Shown in pieces: positions 13,661-26,569 of a stretch of 64,000 bases of DNA (its first letter is position 1; each line of letters begins with the position of its first letter). The stretch covers positions 38,874,001-38,938,000 of the forward strand of contig CM060732.1 of assembly GCA_030704615.1 (NCBI GenBank), written 5' to 3'. The notes beneath the pieces are model-generated. The model was not told the DNA's origin and did not search any database. It saw only the letters and a list, made by a program, of their open reading frames with translations. The translations under genes and the position numbers were made by a program. Source of the DNA: Takakia lepidozioides. Taxonomy: Eukaryota > Plantae > Bryophyta.

Positions 13661-15309
13661 GGTCCACATCTTGGGGCGGTTGGATGCATACAGCCTGGCA
13701 CAAAGTGCAGCAGTTTGTACGCACTGGCGAGCTGAGGTCGCAGCTGATGCACTGTGGCAACCCATGTGTGAGCAGTTTTGGTTGAAACGAGCACACCTCC
13801 TTTTGTGCCTCATCCAGCAAGACTCCTCTACCATCAGACGCTGTCTTGTGTATGCAATAAGCTTGACCGACTCACAACAGGTAATTACCTTTGTCAAAGT
13901 TATCCTCCATCCACAAACTTACAAGCTTTGATAATATCTGTCTCTTGCCCCTGGTGGTACATTGCCACTCACAGCCTGTTTCACATCTGTCCTAGCCAGA
14001 GTGCTATGTTCTGTGCCCCCTGTGATCAGTAGTGCATTTACAACTGCACATTAGTCTCCCAATGGAGAGGGCACAGAAGCAGTCTTGAACATACACTTCC
14101 TGCTGTCTTGTATGATGTTGCTGCCAGTCAGTTTATCAAGAATCTATGGTCTAAGAAATATTCTGAAGTATTTTACTCACATCGTTGTACCCTGAAGGGC
14201 CTTGCTGAATATCAAATTTAACCCCAGAGTGTTTGCAAGTTTGATCAATCTGAGCTCTCATGGCAGAACCCAAGACTTGACGCCTTTGTTATCTGATTCC
14301 AAATTTCATGGAAAGCAAGGTCCCATGGCCGGTACACCATATCCTCGCTTGCCATCCTGTACAATTTTTTTTGCATTGGGGGACCACAGCTTTCAAACCC
14401 AGTTAGTCATGGTTATTTCAAAAATATAACTTGGTTTTGAGTGGAGGTGGTATGGTGTGATGTCCATGAGCTCAATTATGCACCAGAATTTTAAAGCAAC
14501 ACTCGGAAGTGAATTGAAGTGGCTCCAAAATTTTGTGCCAAATCTAGCCATGTGGATCGGCTGGTGATGGACCCGAGCCAGCAGGGCTATCCAGGACTGC
14601 ATCGAAACTTCCACTGTGATGGCTGCGAATCCGGATGATCCCATTTGGGGTGGCCAAGAATCAGTTTGGTACCTCTCCCACTCCCTGGTCCCTAGCTTCT
14701 TTCAAAAGGAAAGAATTTCATCTATCCTGAGCTTTCAGGTAGCATCAGCCCTTTGTCCTTGACCAGTGGTGGTTGCATCTTAGCCTGTATCATATGATAC
14801 TAAAAGTGGGCATGCTGTCAAGTACTGCTGTTCTGCTGTTCTGTTCTTGGTAAGAGCTTGTCAATTGCAAGTAAGTTCCTTTGTTAAAGTTTTTATGTAC
14901 TAGTATGTATTTCAATGTCCTTCATATTTCCACGCATGTTCTGGCTTAGCCTTCATTCCGTGAATGGCTTTCAACCTGCACAACAGTTAGCTTTCTGTAC
15001 TTTGATAATCAAGCAACTCATCTGTTTGTACTGGATTCTGATACATAAGTTTCTTGATGATGTTGGTGTGCTGGAAGGAGATTCTTGCATACAACAGGAA
15101 GAGATGGTTATTGTGGGCAACATGTCCAGATCAACCATTGGCCTCATTTTCGTGTGACACACTTGGATGATGGTCACTGGAGCCTGGACAATGTTTATGC
15201 CACCTACATCACTAGAGCTGACAATAATGTGATGTCCCCAGGTGTAAAAAGGCAAGGGGAGAGGGAACTATGCAAACAATGCACCCCTCCTGGATACGGG
15301 TTGCTCTGA
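13661..15309 (+). pseudogene. F-box protein gene, about 3 exons, frameshifted
   Basis: F-box-like VHILGRLDAYSLAQSAAVCTHWR...DALWQPMC; later blocks LHRNFH, PDDPIWGGQE, VQINHWP..V...D..WS recalled from a conserved plant F-box family. Confidence 0.65.
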
Positions 15310-15827
15310 AGAAAGTTATAACGTGGGACACATTGGTCTGCACATTCTGACATGGAAGTGGACCATAGCGCTGGTCTCCTGTTGGAGATGAAAGGTATTT
15401 ACGATGCTCAGAAGGCCTAGAGAAAGACAGTTTGGGCCTGTTGGATGTTCTCTTTTCCAATGCTGGGAAAGAAGAGATGCCTGTAAACCACCAAGCTGTT
15501 CTTTATGCCAATTTAAGCTGACAAGCTGAGTTCCATACACATCACAAGGGAATCTACCCATCTATCCTCAATTTTATGGACCTACCAAACTGTAATATAT
15601 TTTTGGAGCTTCATCATTTCAATACCCATTTTGAGCTGAAATCGTGTGTGCTTGTACTCTATGCAGTGTATGCATGCTGTAAGATAGTCTATTCAGCAGA
15701 CACCAACTTAGCCAAAGGTTTTCTCTCTTTTATTTGGAATTTGGCACTAAGGTTCGGCTTTGACATGCTGTTGCTCTCTTCCCTCGCATGCCCAATGCCA
15801 TACTCAATCTCCGCCTCGACACCATTC

Positions 15828-16895
15828 AGGACACCATTTAGGATGGATTTCCAATCTACGCAACTTTGGCTCGTAGCAAAACGCTAACCCTAGGAAGGAA
15901 GCTGTGGCCGAATAGGAAAAAAGAAAAAAGATGGGGATACACAGAGACGGTCATAGCAAGGAGATGTGAAAACAGACGTGGAAGACATCGACATTGGGGT
16001 TGAATAAACGAACAAAAGAAAACGACAGGCAGTGAACAAGTGACACACGCAAACGCTGCTGAATAGATGAAGATCGGGATCGTGAAAGTAGAGAAAGATC
16101 AGGGATGAGGGACTCAACTACCAACACGTACCTAACCTCTTCATTTTGGAAATTTTTGTATGCGCCACTTCCGAATCAATCGTTTCGCAATCTTTCGGTG
16201 TTGGGGAAACAGCTTTTGATCTTAGTCCAAACCGGAAGTGGTCGGAGGCACTAATATCAGTTCTGTCAATCAACACAGTGGCACTGTGGGGCTTGTCCAC
16301 GATGATATAATCCACAACGGATCGTTCCTCAGTTTGGGCTTTTCACGAGTCCATTGCTTTAGGTCTCCTTTTGACCTATTATTCAAGGTCGAAAGCTGAA
16401 GCTCTTTGGGACAGTTCATTAGGGTTTAGGGTCCGTCTTCCATTAGAAATTCGGCTCATCCTCACCGAAAGGCCCAATGGTATCATCCTATTGAAGACCT
16501 TTGCCCCCCCCGGCATTGAAGTCACCCAATAAGACCACCTCACCGTTGACAAGGAACTTAGCACAGTTCAGCCGGCAATTTGAGTGAGAGTACGGGTCTG
16601 TGTTCAATCACCACTTCTGCTTTCCATATTGACACCTGTAAGCAACTGCAGGATGATGGTGGCCATGCGCGAGATTTCAGTGCGCTTTCATGCTTTGGGT
16701 TTGCGAAGATTGGTGCCGTCCAGGGTGTTCATCTCCCAGGATGTACCATCCCCCAGGATGTACCATCCAAGTTTGTGGACAAGATGGTTGAATACCTTGC
16801 TGCCGAGGTCTCAGAGATGAAGATTCGGATGAAGATACTAAAGAAGGTTGAGGACGTTGAGGCTGAGGTCTCAGAGATGAAGATTCGACTGAAGA
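15828..16895. repeat. Right arm of the inverted repeat; carries an extra 17-bp tandem duplication (cccaggatgtaccatcc) near 16735-16768
   Basis: Reverse complement of 11647-12697. Confidence 0.95.
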
Positions 16896-17028
16896 GGGCA
16901 AAGAGGTACATGGCGACATCTTCAGAGCTGGAACTATACCAACTGTCATTCTGAACAATACCCTGGCGGACATGTATGCAAAATGTGGGTGCATCGAGGA
17001 TGCAAAGGGAGTGTTTGACACTATGGCT
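16891..17028 (+). pseudogene. PLS-class PPR gene fragment
   Basis: EEGKEVHGDIFRAGTIPTVILNNTLADMYAKCGCIEDAKGVFDTM, typical end of an L motif plus S motif. Confidence 0.85.
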
Positions 17029-17619
17029 ACCTCTCCCCTTACTTCAGATGAAATCTGCTGCTTTATATGCTTGCTACCTGTATAATGAAATCTCTCACTC
17101 CTCGAGTGTACACAACACCCAAGTGCTTTGGAGTTGGCAGCAGATGCTACCCCCCACCCGGCCACAACCGCTTCACCGTCCTTTTACTTCCAGGGAGCAC
17201 ACTCAACCCTCTTCCCTACCCTGGACACCCCCTCCCCCCTTTATGTTCACAAGATCCACTATTGAATACATTGAATTGCCATCATTCTCTAACTTACTGT
17301 TGTTCTGCCCCAGCTAGCTCCCCGACCTCAAAGGGCATCCAACTACCCCACAGTATCTACCACACACACCCTACAGGCGCAGAGCTGTGACTCAAGACCA
17401 ACACCTTGGGCAAGTTGCCCTCTGTCAATCGCCACTCATGATACCACAATTCACTTACCCTGGTACAAGACTTCTCAATCTTTGTCAGCTGAAGCATAGC
17501 TCCAACAATGACTCTCGTTCAAGCAAGGACAACTCTGCACTTTCAATCTCCTCTACCCCAGCTGTTCGGGCATTCCGGCTCTCTCTATTTCAAACATCTT
17601 CACCTACATGTTACTCTAC

Positions 17620-17900
17620 CCACATGATTTTACACAAAGATTTTTACTCCATGATCATATCAAATGACTTCTACCACATTTTACACAAAGATTTCTACTC
17701 CGTGATCTTCTTCATTGATTACCACAAAATGTATTACCGCCATTTTGTTATTCTTCAACTTCCAGACGTATACAATCCATATCATATTTATCATCGTCTC
17801 CCAGACGTACACCATCCATCTTCTGTTTGGCATCGCCTCCTAGGCGTATACCATCCATCTTTTGTTTGTCATCGTCTCCCAGACATTTATCATCCATCCC
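17620..17900 (+). repeat. Two 51-bp and about four 39-bp tandem repeats in the LINE 5' region
   Basis: attttacacaaagatttytactcc x2; LPDVYNPYHIYHR / LPDVHHPSSVWHR / LLGVYHPSFVCHR / LPDIYHPS. Confidence 0.85.
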
Positions 17901-18579
17901 CTACTTGCCTTATTGCACAATTCTCATACCGTGACACATATGTCCAAAAAATTTCACTACATCCGTTCCACAGACACCCATACCCCAAAATCCCTTACAA
18001 TGGAATATCACACTCTCTCATTCAATATATTGCCCTAAGTGCTCATGACACATATTTCACCCCTGAATCCTTTAGCCCACATACCATCACCTCTCACACT
18101 ACTACTAAAGTTTCATCAACCCCCGCCGGGCCTGGAACTATGTCACCCCACTCCGCAAAATCTTACACACGGTGCCTCTCTGTCACCACCTCTTTGATGC
18201 TTGCCCGACCTCCACCCGATAGTCTTCAAAAGCAATGCTCATATCTAAGGCAACCCCACTTTTTACACTCTATATACTATTCCCTAAATATTCGACCCTC
18301 CTCCATATTGACCCATCAAATTAATAGCGTCATGACCGTCCGCCCCGTACACTTCTTGTCCACTAGCTCCACTTCTACAAACCCCCACATTCCAATCCAT
18401 ACATTCCATCCACACCTCTTTTTCCCTCACCATCCCAAAATACCCTACCAAACCCACTCTGAACCCCTTGCACTCGCTATTCACCCACACGGCACCCGAC
18501 GTCAAAACCCCCTAAAATCCAGACATTATTACCATCACCCCCCTGTCCTGACACCGCATACACATACACATGTATCAAG

Positions 18580-18927
18580 CTCATACTCCTAAGATGTGGT
18601 GACATCCACCCAAACCCAGGTCCCACTTCTATTGATGACATCATCTGTCCATTGCCAATGGACCCACAAGACAGATATGCACTATATTTCCAAAGTAACA
18701 CCCTCTCCCTCACACACCCGTACCAACATCTATCTAATCACTTCCCCACCCCCCATTCCATCAAAACCCAACTTATAACCCACTGCCCATATGGGAGATA
18801 TCACCATAAACCTCTCACCTCCAAACACTACACCCACCACCCACCATCCCACTTTACACCTTATAAACTTGCCTATGAAACACTCATACTACTCCGCTGC
18901 GGCGACATCCACCCAAACCCAGGCCCA
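18580..18927 (+). other. Two in-frame 2A-like (StopGo-like) motifs LILLRCGDIHPNPGP (18580-18624, 18883-18927) in a 303-bp duplication
   Basis: Direct translation; resembles the D(V/I)ExNPGP consensus with E->H. Confidence 0.75.
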
Positions 18928-19652
18928 AATACCATAACTAGCATCATCAACAAGCTCTCAAAGGATCCTAAAGACAGATATGCACTATATTTCCAAACAG
19001 ACACAGTCTCCCTCGTGCCTGCATACCAACATCTTAGTGACCACTTCTCTCCCTTCCTCCCCAACCCTTCCACCAATAACCGCAAATTCACACACCCAAT
19101 TGCCACATTTGGGCTCCTTGCCTGCGAACACCCATTTCTAGTCAGTGCCACCCATAAACTTAGCACATACCCTACACAACATCTTCTATTCTCACTAATT
19201 CTCGTCATCTCTCCAATACCCTCAATATGCAACGACTACTTTCAAACCCCACCAAACACACACATCTGTTCGCTATTACAACAATTTCATGATCTACCCC
19301 TACTACCTCACAGATATCTAGCACCCCCACACCACCTATACAACCTCCACGAATCTCTTGACCTACTAAAAGCCAAGCCCAGAGAAGTTCATAGGATTCT
19401 CGGTGAACACCTGGCACACACAACTACAACCATACATGAGCTCGATACTATCACCAACAAATTCCCATTCCTCTCCAAAAATATTCTCGCCGCAACCCTC
19501 CACGCCACGACAGGCATCCTTGGATATCAACCCCCTCCCACCACACCTCCATCCCACCATGCCCACTCACCAATGACCCACTCTCACCAACCCCCACATC
19601 CCCTAGATCCAACAGCCCCCCACACACCTCCTCCTCCCAGCCAGCACACGCA

Positions 19653-20430
19653 CTCAACATACTCACCTGGAATGTCGGATCACTTGCCACCAGCATCCAA
19701 AGCCTTCTCCATCTAACGGACTCTACACCCCTGCATATCATTCTATTACAAGAAACTAAACTCAGCGCACACAACCCCAACAGCTCATATATCAACAAAC
19801 TCCTCCCAGCCTACTACCTGCTATATGGCAGCTCATTCACAGCCACACAGTGCCTAAACAGACGCTCCGCGCTATATGACCCTACTCGGGGAGGGTGGCT
19901 TTTGGTATCCTCCGCACACATCACTCCCCTAGCACCACGGTCAAAATCCATGTCGCTCTCCCCCTACGATCACATCTTCAAATCATCAAACTACACCTTC
20001 CCGCCATCCCTCCTATTATCCTTATACACTTGTACATGCCCTCACACTGTGAAGATCTCCCCCTGATCCCTAATATCCTGCTCACCATCTCTAAAACATT
20101 AACACAGCCTTCCACCCACTCCCAGCACTACATTCTAGCAGGTGATTTCAACAGGGACATTGCCCTCATGGGTCACACATACAATGGTATACATAAAACT
20201 CCATCCCCTGTTGACCATGAATGGGCAAGTTTTACTCACTCACACCGTCTCCGTTATATACCCGCCGATCACCGCTATTCCAGACAAGGTGGACTCAACT
20301 ACTCATCCTTAAGCCTTCTTGACGGTTTCTACCTCAAGACACAAAACGACATCCCCACATACCTCAACAGTCATGTACACATTAATAGTCTATGCAACTT
20401 AGACCATTACCCTGTGTCAGTAACTATCCC
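19653..20430 (+). pseudogene. LINE apurinic-type endonuclease (APE) domain
   Basis: LNILTWNV, IILLQETK, LYMPS, YILAGDFN, LLDGF, LDHYPV; one frameshift near 19893. Confidence 0.9.
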
Positions 20431-20891
20431 ACCATCTCTCATTTCCTTTAGACCTATTCCACCCATACATGTCCCACCACCACAATCTAGAATCTTAACC
20501 CCACTTCCCATAACATAGTCACCTTCCTAAAGCATTTCCAACCAACATCCTTACACCTTATGATACAACTCTCCGACATACTCTCCGAAGCAAACCTCGC
20601 GCAATCCCCTGACAAAGCCTCGACCAAAGCCGAGACCATACTCACAACTTCAATGAAAGAAATGACCAACAGTGTCATTGCCACTTGCTCTGCCCCCCTG
20701 AAATCCCATAAACTACACGCTCAAAACAAAATGGTGGCTACCTTACCCATACTCAAAAACGTATATGGACATCACATCTTAACACATACCACACAATCAG
20801 GCGTGCCCTCACCATTATACCTACCACTACCCCCATCCACCCGGGAAACAATTGGCCTTCGGATCCACGTATCACCTGCCTAAACAACCTT

Positions 20892-22523
20892 ATGCCTCCA
20901 CCCGCCAATCCCCAAGATATTCCTCATTGGACAACTGCTCTCTCTAAAGTTGGAAGAGATGCCAAAAAAGCTATTTACAATATTACCAAAAAAAAAGCCG
21001 CCGACAATCACAAAAAATTCGTCTCTTCTTTTAACCGACTGTTACGCGACCATCCCAAAAAAGCTCACAAAGCCATCTTTAACCCTGCCCTCAACCCACC
21101 CATCAATTGTCTCAAACACAGGCATGGCCACTTGCTAACCAATCCCATGGACATCAACCAAGAAATATGGTCACAAGCATTCTCAACCTACACACCCACA
21201 GTTACAAACTGCTTACACCCTAGTCTCCACACTGCCAACTGCATATGTAAAGCTAAACACTATCCATGGCATGATATAGATGGCTTCTCGATTGACAACA
21301 GAGGATCCTCAACGGACCACATCCTAGACTTATTTACAATTGATCTCTACGAATCATGCCTCAAAAAACTATCAAAATCTAAAGCCCCGGGCCCCGATCT
21401 TATACCAAATGCTATACTTCAAGCATTAGACCCTCAACTACATTCCTTCATTTTTAAATTTTTTCAACTATGTTACAAACTAAAACGAATCCCACACTTC
21501 TGGAAGCACAGTCGAACCATTATACTCCTCAAAAAAGGCGACCCTACAGATCTCAGTAATTATAGGCCCATAGCACTGGCCAACACCATATACAAGCTAT
21601 TCACCAGCAGGCTCACCACAATGTCATCAAGTTATGGCGAGCAACACCAAATTCTTAGTGACCCCCAAGAAGGATTCCGAGCTACACGCAGCACAACACG
21701 ACAAATACAATATGTTCTATCCGCACTCAAAGATGCTAAACTTACAAAACAAGATATTTATCTTTTATATATCGATTTTAAAAATGTCTTCGGGTCCCTA
21801 GATCATGCTAGACTACTTGCTATCATGCTTGACCTTGGTTACCCCACTGATGTCGTCCAACTAATAGGAAACATCTACACAAACAGTACTACTGAATATT
21901 TTGGTGCATACTATGGTTCCACCCTGCCCATCCCCATCCTCCGTGGAACTATCCAAGGTGATTCCTTAAGCCCCTACCTATTCATTATCTTCCTAGAACC
22001 CCTTCTCAGATGGCTAGCTCGCGGCAAGCTCGGATACCAATACAAAACCTCATCAAGTGACATCTCTGCTGCAGCATATGCAGATGATTTAGCTATCCTG
22101 GCACATAAACCACAACACATAAACCGACAAGTTAACAAACTATTCAGATTCAATTCATGGTCAGGCATGGAACTCAGCCTGCACAAGTGTGCCATCACAG
22201 CCGCAACACATCATAGTCGGCTCACCAAAACTGCCATAGCCTCACATTGCAAACTCTATGTACACTACCAAGACACACCTTTTCCCTTTTTAGGACCAGA
22301 CGAGCCATATACTTATCTAGGTATACAACTCGTTCCCTCCCTCACATGGCATATCAAAAAAGAATCTACATCATCCAAACTTGCTACCAAAAGCTTTGCC
22401 CTGCTCAAATCCCCTATTGCCATTCGACCAAAATTATCAATCATTCAATCCGTACTACAAACACAAATTCAATACTCATTCCACGCCGCACCCTTCTCCC
22501 TACCGAACATAAAAAAAACTTGA
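20892..22523 (+). CDS. LINE reverse transcriptase domain (part of a disrupted long ORF)
   Basis: KAPGPD, YRPIAL, QEGFR, IDFKNVFGSLDH, GTIQGDSLSP, YADD, YTYLG. Confidence 0.95.
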   Translation: MPPPANPQDIPHWTTALSKVGRDAKKAIYNITKKKAADNHKKFVSSFNRLLRDHPKKAHKAIFNPALNPPINCLKHRHGHLLTNPMDINQEIWSQAFSTYTPTVTNCLHPSLHTANCICKAKHYPWHDIDGFSIDNRGSSTDHILDLFTIDLYESCLKKLSKSKAPGPDLIPNAILQALDPQLHSFIFKFFQLCYKLKRIPHFWKHSRTIILLKKGDPTDLSNYRPIALANTIYKLFTSRLTTMSSSYGEQHQILSDPQEGFRATRSTTRQIQYVLSALKDAKLTKQDIYLLYIDFKNVFGSLDHARLLAIMLDLGYPTDVVQLIGNIYTNSTTEYFGAYYGSTLPIPILRGTIQGDSLSPYLFIIFLEPLLRWLARGKLGYQYKTSSSDISAAAYADDLAILAHKPQHINRQVNKLFRFNSWSGMELSLHKCAITAATHHSRLTKTAIASHCKLYVHYQDTPFPFLGPDEPYTYLGIQLVPSLTWHIKKESTSSKLATKSFALLKSPIAIRPKLSIIQSVLQTQIQYSFHAAPFSLPNIKKT

Positions 22524-23438
22524 TAAAAGTATTATTCAGCTAACAAAGCGTGTATGTGGCATACCGACTATCACTCCCAATGCCTTCACGCAACTCCCTA
22601 CTGACCACTACGGAATTGGTTCGAGCCCATTAATCATCTCATATGCTCGTACATTAGGCACCCAATTAAAAGAAGCACTCAACGATCTTGGGCGTCTAGG
22701 TATCATTTATCAAGGACTTCTCAAACACCTTGCATTAAAATACAATGGCATCTACTCATTATCATCCCTGCACCCACATGCCTGCCTACACTCCCCCACT
22801 GCACGCACACTACTCATCCTACGCCAAATGAAAATTAGCATATAAACCGATCTGCTAGCCTATCCTAATACCTCGTCACCTTTAGAACGCGCATGGCTCA
22901 CAAGCCCTTTTTTATCGCAATTCAACGTCTCTTATCCCAAACAAAAGACCCCCATCCTCACCTATTTCAAAGAACGCCACATCACCACCCTCACCCAATT
23001 ACTACCGCCACCGGCCATAGACTTTTAAAACCAAGCAAATTCACTTTTAAGTTCTCCCGAGCCACGTCCAAAACCAATCGATGCCTACACCACCTTTGCA
23101 CCCTCTTTTGTTATCCCTCAGCAGCCTGCATTCTCCAATGTGATCTTCCCTGCCTCTACTATCCACATACGCCCCAAGACCTGCTCCCCCAGTACCGATC
23201 TTCCCTTATTGCCTCCATCTATCAAACACTCAAAACGGCATATACCACCAATAATCCTACAGACACACAACCCGATCCCCCATATCAAGTACCTAACACA
23301 CACCCTCCCGAACCTAACCACAACCTGCTTACGCCATTCACTCCATCACCTAGTATGCAAGGCTCCCCTACCCCCTCCCAACTAACCACCGCACTGTCCC
23401 CCCCATCCTCACCACATAGTGACGACAATAACAATGCT

Positions 23439-23580
23439 TACATCATTGAAACCATACTGAGTTAAAACCCAAATGTCCATTGATGCCTTTGGGGCCACCT
23501 GCATTGATACATACTATCACTGTCAATGGGCTGGGTACTCCTCATCAGACAACACATGGTAGATAGAAGATGACCTATTT
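23439..23580 (+). pseudogene. Chromodomain-like segment within the LINE polyprotein
   Basis: YIIETILS...YYHCQWAGYSSSDNTW*IEDDL matches the Y.V..IL...YLVKWKGY...NTWE..ENL pattern; one frameshift and one stop. Confidence 0.7.
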
Positions 23581-24039
23581 GGCCCACATGACGATTGCGA
23601 CCCCGAACACGATCTTGCCCTATTCACCACCTTCCACAAAAATACTAACACCGATTATCTAACACACACCCACCAACAACACGCCACTCCCACCCAACCT
23701 ACAGATAACAGATACATACACCAACCCATCTATGCTCCCAACGTACACATCTGCATAACTGAATATAATCCCGACAAAGATGTCAAGCATGATCAACCAC
23801 TCATCCGCATGGGCCCCCGCCTCTCCAATATCTATGCTCAACATGGCCGCTTCATTGGATTCATTCCTAATACACGATTAACATGGTTGTGGGAGAAATA
23901 CTTTGCTACAAGCTCATCTCCACAATCACTACAACCCCCGAAACAAGACTTTGCTATCGAATTATATTGGTTGGTTGACCGCTACCTCAAAGACACTCCC
24001 CCCAAGAAACCCCGGTCCCTCACTAAATTGGAAACAGCA

Positions 24040-24330
24040 TGTGCACACCATACCATACCCCAAGATATTCTCACCTTAATTATCAATACATTCCAGCTTA
24101 CTCACTCATACTACTCCAACCCACTGACATGCCCAATGACATTGCACACATTTTCTAGCCCACACCACAGAGACTGTATCTTTGGAGCCATAGGTACTAC
24201 CACCCAGCACACTTGGGAAGGTTGGGGCCTTGCCCACCCTCCTGGCCCCCTTGCTTACGAAGCTCTTCAATGGGCAAAACTTGTTGCGCACTCCTCTCCT
24301 TTTGCGTCCACAATCCTCATCCTCACACAC
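24040..24330 (+). pseudogene. PCIF1/CAPAM-like N6-adenine methyltransferase-like segment within the LINE polyprotein
   Basis: SYYSNPLTC / FSSPHHRDCIFGAIG / WEGWGLAHPP parallels PCIF1 ECFASPLNC / YCSAFPDTDGYFGSRG / GSFEANPPF in order and spacing. Confidence 0.6.
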
Positions 24331-24749
24331 CAAATCACACCGAGCACCTCTCACCCTCTCCTACGACTCCCAGAAGGGGTTAACTTACTTGCCACAATTG
24401 ACCCAAACCAACTTAAATATATTCACACCCCTCCTCTCCCCAAATACCTCAAACGGAAATAACCCACCCTTACCCTAATGCTACACGTCCAAAACCCCCT
24501 TCATGTAGACATACCGACACATTTCTTCCATCGACTAGAACAATTACTAACCAAAACCCATAAACTAAAGGCCACCATCCATCACCCAACTGCCCTCCCT
24601 CACACCCACGCACCCGCCACACTGCCCCCGATTAGAACAAACAAAGTTTGGAACGTTGCGATACCACGCCCCCCACAGGTCGCGCCAACAACGCCTCCCC
24701 TCCAATCCCCGCAATATATCAACAAAACACCATCCCCAAATACCCACCG

Positions 24750-25161
24750 GCCAACTCACACTACACCAACGGATCCCTCACCAAACCTAATGCAGGGTAC
24801 GGTATCTATCACGCCAACACCGGTCAAGGCGTTGCCCTCAGGCTCCCTGGACCTGCCACCATCCTCATGGCTGAACTCATGGCCATTCACAATGCTCTCT
24901 CTTTACTCGACATTCCCCCCCCCCCCCCCCCCCCATACTACATCTTCACTGACAGCCTTACCTCACTATTCCTCATCCGTAACCACATCTCTCGCCCCTC
25001 TGCCCATCATCACCACCCCCACCGCAACCTTATTTCCGCTATTGTCCAGAGGGCCATTGTCATCAGCCACCCAGTCCATATACTCAAAGTCCGTTCGCAC
25101 ACTGGCATTCATGGTAATGAAGAAGCAGACCTACTCGCCCAACTCGGCGCTTCCCACCCCA
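24750..25161 (+). pseudogene. LINE RNase H domain
   Basis: YTNGS (D->N), AELMAI, IFTDS, KVRSHTGIHGNEEADLLA. Confidence 0.9.
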
Positions 25162-25230
25162 GAGGTTTACTATTTCATGAGCCCATGAGCCCATGAGCCT
25201 ATGAGCCTGTGAGCTCATGAACGGGCATCC
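25162..25230. repeat. Left TIR with 8-bp (CATGAGCC) subrepeats
   Basis: catgagcccatgagcccatgagcctatgagcctgtgagctcatgaacgggcat. Confidence 0.85.
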
Positions 25231-25555
25231 GCGGAATTGGAATTTTCGTGCCTTTATTGACAGTGTTATGTCCTCATACCTCGATAATAAGGTCTGTTTC
25301 TCCTGGTCCAGGATGCGGAATGAGGTATTTCGGCGCCGTTATTCCACGTCACCACTATAAAACATTGTGCAGGACAGGAAAGAGACACAAAATTGTAGCC
25401 CTCACAAGCCGTTGTGCTGACAAGGTAATATATTTAGGGTTAGACGACAGTTCAACTTGCAAACCCCATTCAACTCAACATCAAGCCCACATTGACATGA
25501 CAGAAAATTGCCATAGACGCTCGAAATAAAAACATCAGGCAACCACAAGTTTTTA

Positions 25556-26300
25556 TTTTGTACAGCGACTACTCCGAGCTTCCATCATCAGAAATACCAC
25601 TGCGGCATAAGAAACCTATGGAACTACCATATCCCGGAGCCTGTGCCCTCCAATCATCCTCCACAATGATCCTTACCGCGCTATGCTGCTGCGTTGGCAT
25701 CCACAACACGAACCACCGAGTTGTCGAACCACAGGTCCAGAATTAGGAGTGGTGCGGTAGTCGTCCACTGCGCATTGCCATTTTTTGGATTAAGATGGCG
25801 AACATAAAGATACAAGATATCTATAGAGGTCACGTTCGTGAAAACATGCAGATATTAAAGGCCTCCTCCACAGCGTCGTGAAATTCGCAAACATCCAGGA
25901 CAAACCTGTTCCGATTCTCCCTTAGTGTCAACAATATATTCCCTGGCCCAAAAGAGTGAGTGAGCAACTCAAGAGCCCTATCTGGGAGCAAATACTGTGG
26001 AGGTGCAGTATAGTTATGGTAGTAAGACCTCCAGAACTCGCCGCAGCAACATCTCATGATGAAGAGACGAACACTCCGTCTTCCAGGTCTATCTCGCACA
26101 ACAAGTATCCACTGTTGTCCACTGGCAGGCCTCACCCAAAGAGAATCCCATAAAAGTGCTCGGAAACTCATCACCCTGCGTGTACCTTCACTGAAGTCCA
26201 ACTCCACCATAATGTCTCCCATCACCGGCCCACGCAATCACGATCCTCGAATCCCGCTCCGTCGAATGCAGAAGGCATTTACACAGGGCGGCATTGAGGA
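25556..26300 (-). CDS. Uncharacterised cargo gene A of the MULE (ORF 25830-26237 plus probable downstream exon)
   Basis: 135-aa ORF with globular-looking composition directly downstream of a palindrome cluster; no recognisable motif. Confidence 0.45.
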
Positions 26301-26569
26301 AGTGTGCGCCCACCGGGAATGGAGAGGGACGAGTAATCATTGTTGTTTTTCAACACGGAGATGCAAACATTGAAAACCCAATGCGGAACACCCTCTCACG
26401 TGATCTTCTCTGGGGCAACGGCAAATACGTGCCCCCATTGGCCGACAACGGCTATACACACAGGCGATCGAAAATGACTGGGGCTAGAAGGGGCTTGACA
26501 GAGAAGGTGCCACGACATTACGGGAAGAAATTGTGCTAAAACCACCGGCGTCCTAAAACCACCAACCTT

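Larger units (their letters stand above)
17030..25161 (+). mobile_element. Dualen/RandI-like non-LTR retrotransposon, 5' portion (5' boundary approximate); frameshifted
   Basis: Strong C/A-rich, G-poor strand bias; APE, RT and RNase H motifs in order; reading frame continues at 40173 after removing the inserted transposon. Confidence 0.88.
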
